Part shown: piece by piece, positions 9,267-18,323 of the stretch
Layout: every line of letters begins with the position of its first letter
Position numbering within the stretch: position 1 is the stretch's first letter
Origin: an uncultured bacterium
Lineage (GTDB): Bacteria; Armatimonadota; SYMT01
NCBI GenBank assembly: GCA_964609085.1
Contig: CAZSRZ010000002.1
Location: forward strand, 29,477 to 93,476
Direction of reading: 5' to 3'
DNA length: 64,000 bases
Made by a program: the position numbers and the translations under genes
The notes under the pieces: generated by a model
Databases searched by the model: none
Told to the model about the DNA's origin: nothing
The model's input: the letters and a program-made list of their open reading frames with translations, nothing else

Positions 9267-9980
9267 TTACCGGCCTCCGCCGACCCCGCCGGGAGCCCCG
9301 CCCGGCGGCCGGGGCGAACCCGTAGCGATCTTGTAGTCCGAGGGGACGGTAAACGTCGTGGCCGGGATGGTCTGTCCCAGCCGGATCTGGGTCAACGTGA
9401 TCGTCATGGTCTGGTTGATTTTGACGTCCGGCTTGACCAACCTGTCTGTGACCACTGCCTTGATGGGGAAGCTGGGCGTCATTTTCTGCGGGATCCACAC
9501 GCGCACCGTTCGAGCGGCTCCCGCCGGGTTGGTCTCCGTGTTGGTTAGCACGTCGCACGCGTAGCCGGAGACCGTCTCGGTGCCCACCTTTTTCGCCCCC
9601 TTCAGGGCCCCGCGGGCGTCGAAAGCGAACTGCGTGACGAAGAAGTCAAAGTTGTCCCGCTTCTTCTTCACGTCATCGGGGAGTGGTGCCCGGATACCCT
9701 TCTTGCCCCCGCGATCGAGCTGGTACAGGTACCCCCCGGTGACGAGGAATGCCGCTTGCCCGGACATGGGGTCGCGCATCTCCACGCGGGCCTGGTCCGA
9801 GGTCAGCCAGGCCTCACCGCGAACGGTCACCTCCATTCCCTGACCCTGCCGCACGGAGGTGATCTTGAAGGACGCGGTCTTCAACCCCCCTTGCGCCATC
9901 GCCGATGGACCGGCGTGAGCGAGGGCGGCAGCCATGACGACGGCCCCGAGGCGGATGGTGCGGCGCGCGGTGCGATTCAA
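9267..9980 (-). CDS. Secreted hypothetical protein (possible LolA-like / lipoprotein-sorting-like fold), Gly/Pro-rich C-terminus
   Basis: Signal peptide NRTARRTIRLGAVVMAAALAHAGPSAMA. A TTG at 9980 is preceded by GGGAGAAA. No catalytic motifs; the family assignment is tentative. Confidence 0.5.
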   Translation of the reverse strand: MNRTARRTIRLGAVVMAAALAHAGPSAMAQGGLKTASFKITSVRQGQGMEVTVRGEAWLTSDQARVEMRDPMSGQAAFLVTGGYLYQLDRGGKKGIRAPLPDDVKKKRDNFDFFVTQFAFDARGALKGAKKVGTETVSGYACDVLTNTETNPAGAARTVRVWIPQKMTPSFPIKAVVTDRLVKPDVKINQTMTITLTQIRLGQTIPATTFTVPSDYKIATGSPRPPGGAPGGVGGGR

Positions 9981-10142
9981 CGCTTTCTCCCGGTCTAGCG
10001 TGGGGACGGCATCCCCCACGGGGGTAAGTATACGCGCCTGGAGTGTCGCGGGCGGGCCCAGCGGGGGGCTTCGGGACCGCCGGAGTAATGGTCGGGGATT
10101 CTCGGGGAGATTTGTACAAAATCTGGGGACAAACGGGGAAGC

Positions 10143-10826
10143 ATGGGCTATACTCGGCTCAAGATCGATTGCCGGGTCCCTGTCCGGCTCCGGAGGGTAT
10201 CCCTCATGCTTCCACCGCGCACCCCGCCGACCATGCTGACGGCCGTCAGCTATTTCCCGACCCGCCCCGGTCCTCGCGCCCTTTTTCTGATTGAGAACTC
10301 CAGCCGCAAGGTCGAGCTGCTGGCGCGTCGGCTGTTCAATACGGTGGGCAGGATCGCGGAGGTCGTGCCGATTGCCCACGGGGTCTTGATCGGGTTCGCC
10401 GTCCAGGGCGGCGAAGATCCCGATCTGATCGCCAAGATCGACCGGGTGCTGCGTCCGAGTTGCGGGTTCTACCTGGTTGAGCCGGACTTCAGCCGCACAA
10501 CCTTTGAGCTCGTCCGCAGCCTGTGTGAGGATGCCGGTGCGGCGATTGCTGAGATCCCGACCTGCGGCATCTGCGAGACACCCGACCCTTTTCCGGCCCG
10601 GATAGCGGCGCGCGCGGCCGGTCGCGCCGAGTCGCTGCAGCGGGCCTACTGCGTGCGGTGCGTGGCGCGCAACGCGGCCGTGGAAGCCGGCGCGGAGGTG
10701 GTGGCGCTTCTCCGGGAGGACGGGATGGGGTTTGGGCTGAGCCCCGTGCTCGACTTTCGCGTCATCCCAGAAATGGTGGATGAGCTCGGGGAGCAGCGCG
10801 ACGACTCCTATGCCCTTGCAATGTAG
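10143..10826 (+). CDS. Hypothetical protein with a CxxC...CxxC pair (TCGIC ... CVRC)
   Basis: Intact ORF with plausible codon usage lying directly upstream of mraZ. No recognisable domain; the start is uncertain (alternatives at 10206 or 10233). Confidence 0.4.
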   Translation: MGYTRLKIDCRVPVRLRRVSLMLPPRTPPTMLTAVSYFPTRPGPRALFLIENSSRKVELLARRLFNTVGRIAEVVPIAHGVLIGFAVQGGEDPDLIAKIDRVLRPSCGFYLVEPDFSRTTFELVRSLCEDAGAAIAEIPTCGICETPDPFPARIAARAAGRAESLQRAYCVRCVARNAAVEAGAEVVALLREDGMGFGLSPVLDFRVIPEMVDELGEQRDDSYALAM

Positions 10827-10846
10827 CCTGGCACTGAGTCGCCCGC

Positions 10847-11272
10847 GTGTTCCTCGGATCCTTCAACTATAAGATTGACGATCGTGGCCGGCTGAAAATG
10901 CCGTCCGCCTTTGCCTCGTCACTCGGGAACGATTTCACCATCACCCGCAGCCTGGACGATTACCTCTGGGTGATGCCGCAGCAGGAGTGGATGGTGCTTG
11001 CCGCCAGGCTCACCAAGGATGAGCGAGCGGATCCGGACCTTGCCGAGCTGCAGCGGTGGTTTTTCGGCTCAGCCGAGATAACCAGTCTGGACAGCGCCGG
11101 CCGGATGGCGATCCCCGATCCGCTTCTTGCCTGGGCTGACATCAAGCACGAAGTTCGGCTAGTCGGCGTCGGCTCACGTATTGAACTGTGGGCAATGGAG
11201 CGATGGCAGGCACACGATGCCGCCATAAAGCATGCCAAACTCCGGAAAGACGCAGTTATCTATAAGATCTGA
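10847..11272 (+). CDS. mraZ: Transcriptional regulator MraZ
   Basis: N-terminus MFLGSFNYKIDDRGRLKMP is the textbook MraZ start. Two SpoVT/AbrB-like halves; 141 aa. Confidence 0.9.
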   Translation: MFLGSFNYKIDDRGRLKMPSAFASSLGNDFTITRSLDDYLWVMPQQEWMVLAARLTKDERADPDLAELQRWFFGSAEITSLDSAGRMAIPDPLLAWADIKHEVRLVGVGSRIELWAMERWQAHDAAIKHAKLRKDAVIYKI

Positions 11273-11327
11273 CCGAGGGCGGACGAGGTCCGTGCCCGAT
11301 GCCCCGCGCTTCGATGGCCGTACCTGA

Positions 11328-12098
11328 TCAGTGCACTGCGGAGGGGCCCGGCTCCCCTGGGAGCGCGAATCCCATACGCACCAGGGTCCGGCCATCGTCG
11401 GCAAACACTTCCAGCCGGTCCGTCAGAGCGCGAACCAGTCTCATTCCGCGACCGTCCCGAGTCCTCGCGTCGAAGCCTGCTCCCCAATCCCGCACATCCA
11501 CCAGCAGTAGTCTGCCCTCGCGATGGAAGGAGAGTTGCAGGTGCTGCCGTGCGCCTTCTGGTGAGCCGTGCGTCACTGCATTGGCGACCACTTCCGTGGT
11601 GGCGGTGCTGACGTCGCCGGCGCGGCCTGGCGCACAACCGCAATCCTGGGCGAAGCGCAGGGCGAGCGTGCGCGCCCGGTCCACATTCTCGGGCCGGCTC
11701 TGCAACACGACGGACAGGTCGCGGCTTCCCGTGGTGAGCCACCCAGCGGTGGCGGCGGAAAGGGTGGCTGCGTGCTGGACCCCACCGATACCCAGCAGGG
11801 AATCCACGGTTCCTACGGGAGCGGCGTCAGCGCGGATCAGCTTGACTTCCCGGGATTCTCGTCGGGCCGCCCGGGCGATCTCCGCCAGCCGGCAGCGCAA
11901 CTCTTCGTCCCAGGCCGTCACGGTGTCCATGCGCAGTATCAGGCCGCGACAGTCGGAAGCCGGCCAATTCCGTACAGGGAGCGGTGCCGCGTCGACCTGC
12001 CAGGTGAGGATTAGGAACGGACCGGCGACCTCGACCCGGGGGGTGCCGGCGCGTCCCCAGTTACCTCCGCGTAGCTCCTGCTCCATCCTTGCTTGCAT
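11328..12098 (-). CDS. Anti-sigma-factor-type Ser protein kinase (HATPase_c, RsbW/SpoIIAB-like) with N-terminal STAS-like (anti-sigma antagonist) segment
   Basis: C-terminal half TEVVANAVTHG ... LLLVDVRDWGAGFD ... GRGMRLVRAL has the HATPase_c N, G1 and G2 boxes of RsbW-like kinases. The N-terminal half has a STAS-like DSLLGIGG motif (compare DSSGLG). Confidence 0.7.
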   Translation of the reverse strand: MQARMEQELRGGNWGRAGTPRVEVAGPFLILTWQVDAAPLPVRNWPASDCRGLILRMDTVTAWDEELRCRLAEIARAARRESREVKLIRADAAPVGTVDSLLGIGGVQHAATLSAATAGWLTTGSRDLSVVLQSRPENVDRARTLALRFAQDCGCAPGRAGDVSTATTEVVANAVTHGSPEGARQHLQLSFHREGRLLLVDVRDWGAGFDARTRDGRGMRLVRALTDRLEVFADDGRTLVRMGFALPGEPGPSAVH

Positions 12099-12183
12099 CC
12101 GTGTCTCCCCGCGTGGCCGATTCGAATCTACGGAGATTGTCGGACCGTCGCGAATCCGACTCCAGCCGACTCTTCTCCAGCCA

Positions 12184-12921
12184 TCAGAGGGGGTGCTTGC
12201 GTGCCGAGCCCGGGCGTCGCGGATACGCGGCGGAGGTTGGGCTGACTTTCGGAATGATCACGAGGGATCGCTGGATATCCGTGCCGGGAAGGGACAGCCG
12301 CTGGACCACCGGAGGTCCTCCGCCCAGAAGTCCGATCGCCGCATCGGCCTCCCGCACTTCCTCGTCGACGTCAGGGCCCTTCATGGCCACGACAGACCCG
12401 CCTACCCGCGCATATGGGAGCGTCCACTCGAGCAAGGTATGGAGCCGGGCAACGGCCCGCGCGGTCACCAGGTCTCCCGTCTCCCGCAGTGGGCGTCCGA
12501 CCCACGCCACACCGGCTGCGTCTTCCGCCCGCGCGTGGATGAGCGCAACGCCACCCACGCCCAGGGATCCCACCACCCGTTCCACGAACTTCAGGCGCTT
12601 CTGCAGGGAATCGATGGCCACCAACTCCAGGTGGGGGAATGCAAGCTTCAGGACCAGGCCGGGGAAGCCCGCCCCGCTGCCGACGTCGATCAGACGGGTG
12701 ACGGCGGTCAGGTCAATCGCGGCCGACACGGACAGAGAATCCAGGAAGTGCTTGGCTACCACCTCCACCGGGTCGTCGATCGCGGTCAGGTTGAAGAAGC
12801 GGTTCCACTCGCCCAGCAGCGCCGCGTAGCGGCGGAGTTGGTCCAGGGTGGCTCCACCCAGCTCGACTCCGAGAGCTTGCGCCTGCTCAGGCAGGCGTGC
12901 CCAGGGGTCTCCTCCAGACAT
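12184..12921 (-). CDS. rsmG: 16S rRNA (guanine527-N7)-methyltransferase RsmG (GidB)
   Basis: IDVGSGAGFPGLVLKLAFP is the SAM-binding motif, and the overall GidB architecture is present. ATG at 12921. Confidence 0.9.
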   Translation of the reverse strand: MSGGDPWARLPEQAQALGVELGGATLDQLRRYAALLGEWNRFFNLTAIDDPVEVVAKHFLDSLSVSAAIDLTAVTRLIDVGSGAGFPGLVLKLAFPHLELVAIDSLQKRLKFVERVVGSLGVGGVALIHARAEDAAGVAWVGRPLRETGDLVTARAVARLHTLLEWTLPYARVGGSVVAMKGPDVDEEVREADAAIGLLGGGPPVVQRLSLPGTDIQRSLVIIPKVSPTSAAYPRRPGSARKHPL

Positions 12922-12974
12922 ACCCGGGTTCGGCTGCACGGCGTCATCATAGCGCCCGCCGGGAGACCAGGGAA

Positions 12975-13577
12975 CTACCTGCCGCCTGGCCCGTCCCAGA
13001 TGCGGATTCGCAGTGCCTCTCCCGCGGCGACTTCACTGCCGCTGGTTGCCTCATCGTCCACGAAGAAGCGTCCCGGGCCGTCACCGAAAACCGCGTCGCC
13101 TTCCGTGTCGATGAAGTTGAAGACCTCCAACCCGTCCAGGAAGCCCTTCACCGTCCGAGTCGCGGCATCGCGCTCGAGGCGCAACACGACCCATTGATCG
13201 ACGGCGATCTGGCCCCCGATCCCGAGGTTGTAGAACTGTAGCTGTCCCTCGTACACGTAGAGCCCGGTGTCCCGCGCCCGGTTTTGGAAGTCGATGACTT
13301 TCTGCCAGTTTTCGACTTTGCGGAATCGCATCGTGACCTCGACGGTGAAGCTCTCCCCGACGCCCGGCGAACGCAGTTCCAATCCCTGGCCAGCGTCAAA
13401 CCGGTAGAGCCCGTCGATGAATGTCCCGGCCGCTTGCTCGAGGGCGGGACCGCGCTCCAGGGCATCGCGCACGGAAACCAGACGGTAGTCGCGGATGAGC
13501 TTGGGCGACGCTTCCTCGCTTTTGCCGGTGGTGGGGATCAGGAAGAGACAGAGGAGGACGGCGGCGAGGCGTGCCAT
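12975..13577 (-). CDS. Secreted hypothetical protein
   Basis: Signal peptide MARLAAVLLCLFLIPTTGKSEEA followed by a beta-rich domain. No recognised motifs. Confidence 0.5.
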   Translation of the reverse strand: MARLAAVLLCLFLIPTTGKSEEASPKLIRDYRLVSVRDALERGPALEQAAGTFIDGLYRFDAGQGLELRSPGVGESFTVEVTMRFRKVENWQKVIDFQNRARDTGLYVYEGQLQFYNLGIGGQIAVDQWVVLRLERDAATRTVKGFLDGLEVFNFIDTEGDAVFGDGPGRFFVDDEATSGSEVAAGEALRIRIWDGPGGR

Positions 13578-13715
13578 GAGGATCTCCGCGAAGGGCCAGC
13601 CATGGGGCCGACACTGGTTGGACGCTGGGAAGCGGGCCAGGGTAACAGGTGCGAGAAGAGCCCCCGGGGAAGGGATCCCCGGGGGCTCTTTCACCTGGCA
13701 ACCTCGAGGGGCGCC

Positions 13716-16481
13716 CTAGCGCCCCTTCTTCTTCTTCGGCGCGACGATCGAGAAGGTCTGGGAATCCGCCTGGACTGCGGGATCCATTGTCCAGACAATC
13801 CGGATCTTCACTCTCGCCGAGGTCTTCCCATTCACCCCAATCGCCTGGGCGCCGTCGTTCGCGGTCCCGCTGATCAGGTTCGAGAAGGTCCGGCCGCCGT
13901 CTTTCGAGATCTGGATATCGACCCGGTTGCCGGGGAGATTGGCCCCGACGGTGGTGCCGCTCCACTCGATCATCTCCTGCTTGCCCTGTCGCCACCTCGT
14001 GTTAGCGACCGGGTTGACCACAAACAGGTTCGGCTCACGGATGAAGAAGGCCTGACTCACCGTCTGCGCGCCGCTGGTCAGGTCCGTGAGACGGAGCAGG
14101 GCGTCGGTAGTTTCCGGGCCCTCCACCAGCCAGGACGTCTGTCCGAGATTGGGGGTCTGCGTCAGAACCTCGAAGTTGTCGCCCCCGTCCCGTGAGAGTT
14201 CCACCTGGATCAGGTCATCCGCGCGGATACCGGTCGTCGTCCAAGTTACCGACTCCGTGGTGCCGATCAGCGTGGTCTGCGACGGACTGGGGGCGGTGAT
14301 GGTGATGGACGGGACCTCGATGCGGAAGAGCCCGTTGCTCACGTCCTTTACGCCCGGCTCGTCGACGGAACTCACCCGAATTCGGGCGTTGGCGGTGATG
14401 GGACCGGTGACCGTCCATGCCTCCGAGCCGTCATCGGCCGTGTTGGCGAAGATCGTCTCGTAGGTGCCCCCGCCATTCCGGCTGACTTCGATCTTCACAG
14501 GGCCGGTAAACCCGGCGCTGCTCCAATTGACGGGCAGCGTCTCGCCGACGACGAACATCTCGCCCCCGTTGGGTGACTGGACAGTGATGCGCGATTGCTC
14601 GCGGATCTCGAAGTCCACGTCGCTCTCGTCGTTGAAGAACGGGAGAGAGACTGCGGTCACGCGGACTCGGGCTTCGATGGTCGCCGGGCCGCGAGCTACG
14701 AAGGTAGCCGTGTTGCTGCCCACGGAGTTCAATGCGCTCGGGACGACGGTCTCGTAGGAGACCCCGCCATCGCGGGAGAGATCGATGCGCGCGGTCTGGC
14801 TGGCGCCGGCGAATCCGGCGGTGTCCCACTCGACGGTGACTCTCTCACCGAACCTGAACACCTCGGAGCCATTCGGCGAGACGACCTGGATCGACCCCTG
14901 GACCACACGGAAATTAGAGTCGCTGACGTCGCTGCCGGTGAGATTCCCGATGTTGGTCAGCTCGACTCGGATCCGGCAGAGGTCACTCGTGGGCCCCGTG
15001 GAAGTCCAATTGAAGACGCCCGTGTCGGTGAGATTGGTCGCCAACACCTCGCTGAAGCTGACGCCGCCGTTGCGAGAGAGCGAGATCCGGACCCGTCGAT
15101 TTGCGGGGTAGCCCTGTGTGGTCCACGTGATCGGGATGAGATCACCGACCTGGTAGATCTCCCCGCCGTTCGGCTCGAGCACCTGGACCAGGCGCATGGC
15201 CCGCTGCAGATTGACGCGACCACCGGTGGTGCATCGGCCCGTAAGGCTCGGGAGCACGTCAACCGTGTTGTAGAGGCGGTTCTTGACGTCCAGATAGGTC
15301 TGGTTCGTCAGATCCTGGGCGTAGATCAGGCCGGCCGCCCCCGCTGCCATGGGGGACGCCATCGACGTGCCGTCCTCAAGGGCGTAGGCGTTGTTCGGGA
15401 GGGTGCTTAGGATCTGCTCTCCCGGGGCCCCGATGTTGACGCTGGTAGCCCCGAAGTTCGAGAAGCTCGCCAGGTCGTCCAGATTATTTGTCGCCGCCAC
15501 GGAGACGACGTTGTCGAACTCGGTGGAGTAGTCGCAGGGGTAGGAGTCGACCAGGTCATTGTCTTCGGCGTCGTTGCCAGCGGCCGCGAAGATCAGCACA
15601 CCGGCTGCCCGGCTCCGCTGGACCGCGTCGCGCAGCACCTGTGCATCGACAGGACCGCCGAGACTGGCGTTGAGAATCTTCACATTGCGCTGGGATGCAA
15701 AGTCGAACCCGGCTGCGATCGCGGCGAAGGAGCCCGACCCGCCGGAGTCGAGGACCTTGATCGGCATGATCTTCGCTACATGGCAGACGCCCGAGACGCC
15801 GACGGCATTGTTGCCACGGGCGGCCATGATGCCGCTGACGTGGGTACCGTGGCCTTCATCGTCTATCGGGTCGTTGTCGTCGTTGATGAAGTCGTAGCCG
15901 ATCACCTGATTGGCGCCGTTCCGCAGGATGTTGGCCGTGAGGTCCGGGTGGGTGTAATCGGTACCGGTATCAGTGACGGCCATGATGAGCTGGTCGCTGC
16001 CGGTGATCGTGTCCCAGGCCTCGGATGCCTTGATGTCCGCGCCGATGGTGCCGCCGTTCTGGCCGGTGTTGTGCAGACCGTACTGTTCGGAGAAGCGCGG
16101 ATCGTTCGGGATCAGCGTCGCGTAGGCCAGGTAATCCGGCTCCGCTGAGCGGACGCCGGGGAGCCGGAGCATGGCCGCAACCGCGTTGGGCACGGTCACC
16201 CCTGCTGCCTGCGCGGCCGGGGTGATCTTGTAGCGCGTGAAGTAGGGCGACCGCAGATGGTTGTCCTTCTCCAGACCCAACTGCGCCGCAGCCTGCCGCT
16301 GCGCCGCCGTTTCGCCGTCATGGTAGGTCACCACCACCAGATTGGGGAGATAGAGCGCCTGCTGGTTGGCATGCAACCGAGGACCCGCAGCCACGCTGAT
16401 GAGGAATGCGGCGGCGAAGATGGCGAGATAGGATCCTCGACGCAGCAGGGGGGTGAGGACCCGAGAGGTCACCGAGTTCAT
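13716..16481 (-). CDS. Secreted subtilisin-like serine protease (peptidase S8) with I9 propeptide, five C-terminal tandem Kre9/KNH-like Ig-like repeats and a poly-Lys tail
   Basis: Catalytic triad is in DTGTDYTHPDL, HGTHVSGIMAA and GTSMASPMAAGAAGL. There are five roughly 90-aa repeats of pattern SPNGGE..VG....W......G..V.I.LSRDGG.T. The protein ends APKKKKGR. Signal peptide begins at M65 (ATG 16481). Confidence 0.9.
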   Translation of the reverse strand: MNSVTSRVLTPLLRRGSYLAIFAAAFLISVAAGPRLHANQQALYLPNLVVVTYHDGETAAQRQAAAQLGLEKDNHLRSPYFTRYKITPAAQAAGVTVPNAVAAMLRLPGVRSAEPDYLAYATLIPNDPRFSEQYGLHNTGQNGGTIGADIKASEAWDTITGSDQLIMAVTDTGTDYTHPDLTANILRNGANQVIGYDFINDDNDPIDDEGHGTHVSGIMAARGNNAVGVSGVCHVAKIMPIKVLDSGGSGSFAAIAAGFDFASQRNVKILNASLGGPVDAQVLRDAVQRSRAAGVLIFAAAGNDAEDNDLVDSYPCDYSTEFDNVVSVAATNNLDDLASFSNFGATSVNIGAPGEQILSTLPNNAYALEDGTSMASPMAAGAAGLIYAQDLTNQTYLDVKNRLYNTVDVLPSLTGRCTTGGRVNLQRAMRLVQVLEPNGGEIYQVGDLIPITWTTQGYPANRRVRISLSRNGGVSFSEVLATNLTDTGVFNWTSTGPTSDLCRIRVELTNIGNLTGSDVSDSNFRVVQGSIQVVSPNGSEVFRFGERVTVEWDTAGFAGASQTARIDLSRDGGVSYETVVPSALNSVGSNTATFVARGPATIEARVRVTAVSLPFFNDESDVDFEIREQSRITVQSPNGGEMFVVGETLPVNWSSAGFTGPVKIEVSRNGGGTYETIFANTADDGSEAWTVTGPITANARIRVSSVDEPGVKDVSNGLFRIEVPSITITAPSPSQTTLIGTTESVTWTTTGIRADDLIQVELSRDGGDNFEVLTQTPNLGQTSWLVEGPETTDALLRLTDLTSGAQTVSQAFFIREPNLFVVNPVANTRWRQGKQEMIEWSGTTVGANLPGNRVDIQISKDGGRTFSNLISGTANDGAQAIGVNGKTSARVKIRIVWTMDPAVQADSQTFSIVAPKKKKGR

Positions 16482-16739
16482 GAACACCTCGTACACGTCT
16501 GCCAGCCGAACGACTCCGCTGTCCGGATCCGGCCGGCGGCCGGGCAAGCGGTGAGGTCCGCGGATGGCGAACTTTAGCAGTTTAAGTATACCGTTGTTGC
16601 GGTATTGGGCACACCGGCCGAACCACCGCCCCGCCCAAGTGACGCTCTGTCGCGACGAAACGGCGCGTGGCATTCAGCCGGGGAGGACTGGATCACGCCG
16701 TCGCCGCACATGGGCCTGCCTCTAGTTCGAGATGGACCG

Positions 16740-17414
16740 ATGAAAACCATTTGCGCTGCCACACTCGCCAAGCTCAAAGAGATCGACAGCCCGACGGTGG
16801 CCAACGCCATCGAGAAGTTTGGAGTGCGGCCAGACACGTCCGGCTACACGGGTCACGAAATCCGATCTCTCTTTCCCGAGATGGGTGTGATGGTCGGCTA
16901 CGCCGTCACCGCGGTCATGGGCCCACGCGAGGTGGGTGAGCAAGGCTGGCGGCAGGGCTGGCTGGATTTCACCGCCGCCATCGAGACTTCGCCGCGACCG
17001 GCTATCTGTGTCATCGAGGATTCGCCCATCTGGCACGCTCAAGGTGCGCTCGTCGGTGAGGTGATGGCGACGTGCATGCAAGCCCTCGGCGCGGTAGGGT
17101 GCGTCACCAATGGAACGGTGCGCGATGTGGAGCAAGTGCGGGCCCTTGGTTTCCAGTACCACGCCGCCGGCGTCATCGTCAGCCACGGCCAGTTGAAGTT
17201 CCACGAAGTGCAAGGACCGGTGCGTCTGGGCCGCCTTCAGGTGCTCCCCGGCGACCTGCTGCACGCCGACTCAAATGGAATCGTAGTGGTCCCGTTTGAA
17301 ATCGCGGACGAGATCCCGGCCATCGCGCAGAAGATCCTCGACGCCGAGGCGGAGATCCTGGAGCTGGCACGCACACCCGGATTCAGCGCAGAGCGTCTCC
17401 GCCAACTCTACTGA
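16740..17414 (+). CDS. RraA-family protein (ribonuclease E inhibitor RraA / HMG-CHA aldolase-like)
   Basis: Length and motifs (GYAVTAVMG, GCVTNGTVRDVEQV) match the RraA/MenG family. ATG at 16740. Confidence 0.8.
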   Translation: MKTICAATLAKLKEIDSPTVANAIEKFGVRPDTSGYTGHEIRSLFPEMGVMVGYAVTAVMGPREVGEQGWRQGWLDFTAAIETSPRPAICVIEDSPIWHAQGALVGEVMATCMQALGAVGCVTNGTVRDVEQVRALGFQYHAAGVIVSHGQLKFHEVQGPVRLGRLQVLPGDLLHADSNGIVVVPFEIADEIPAIAQKILDAEAEILELARTPGFSAERLRQLY

Positions 17415-17418
17415 GCTT

Positions 17419-18045
17419 TCACCCTCGGGCCGTCTTCTTCTCCACCGGCCGCGCGGCGATCGCGTCGAGAATCAGCCTGCGGATGGTGGGGTGCCCCATG
17501 GACGCTGTCAGGGGCGTCCAGTCGTCCAGCCGCCCGGAGACCACCGTCCGGCCGCGCACATCCAGGTCGGCGTGCTGTGCCAACAGCAGGCGCACCGCCT
17601 CTGTATTGCGCGCCGCGACCGCCGATAGCAGGGCCGTCGTCCCGTCGACCGCTTTCGCATCGACGTCCGCCCCGCTGCGGATGAGAAGGCGCGTCATCTC
17701 TGCCTTTCGCTGCAGTGGTACGCGCACGGCGCCGCCACTGGTTGTTGCCCAGATCAGGGGGGTTCGACCCCACTTGTCACGCGCATTCACCTCGGACCCG
17801 GTCTTGAGGAGGCGGCGGGCCTCGTTCGTCTGGCCGAAGAGGGCGGCGAACATCAACCCGGTCATGCCGGATGCGGGGTCGCGCACATCGCCGCCGTTCT
17901 CAATCAGCGACCGAGCCAGGGAGAAGTCCGGGGTCTGCAGGGCGGAGTAAATCGCCCGCCGATTCGGGCTGCCGTCAATCGCGGTGAAAGCGATTGTGGC
18001 TGTGATCAGTAGGGCAACGAGTAGGATTCCCCCGACCACGGCCAT
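17419..18045 (-). CDS. Membrane-anchored ankyrin-repeat protein
   Basis: N-terminal TM helix (MAVVGGILLVALLITATIAF) followed by about four ankyrin repeats (GMTGLMFAALFGQTNEARRLLKTGSEVNARDKWGRTPLIWA ...). Confidence 0.75.
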   Translation of the reverse strand: MAVVGGILLVALLITATIAFTAIDGSPNRRAIYSALQTPDFSLARSLIENGGDVRDPASGMTGLMFAALFGQTNEARRLLKTGSEVNARDKWGRTPLIWATTSGGAVRVPLQRKAEMTRLLIRSGADVDAKAVDGTTALLSAVAARNTEAVRLLLAQHADLDVRGRTVVSGRLDDWTPLTASMGHPTIRRLILDAIAARPVEKKTARG

Positions 18046-18323
18046 TGGGTTGGCTCGCTTCTTGATGGGTGACTTTGGTGCAAGGGGCCTAGTCTGCAAC
18101 ACGTCCGGGTGGTAATCTGGTGGGCGGGAACCTGGCGGGCGGATGCCCCTACGAGTTTTCGGCAGCCTGGTGGCATCCTGAAGGGTATTCGTGCCGATAG
18201 GATTCGGGTCTGGCGCCGTGGTGGCTATGGATGCTCTAGCTCGTTCGCCGCTCCCGGGTGCTCCCCGCTGCTGATCCTGCCAGAATAAGGCATGGCGAGG
18301 CGTGGTCCGCTCGTCGGAGGCAC

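Noticed and set aside
11299-13197. 632-aa plus-strand ORF
   Set aside because: Runs antisense across the anti-sigma kinase, rsmG and secreted-protein genes. Ser/Arg/Pro-rich with no domain-like segments.
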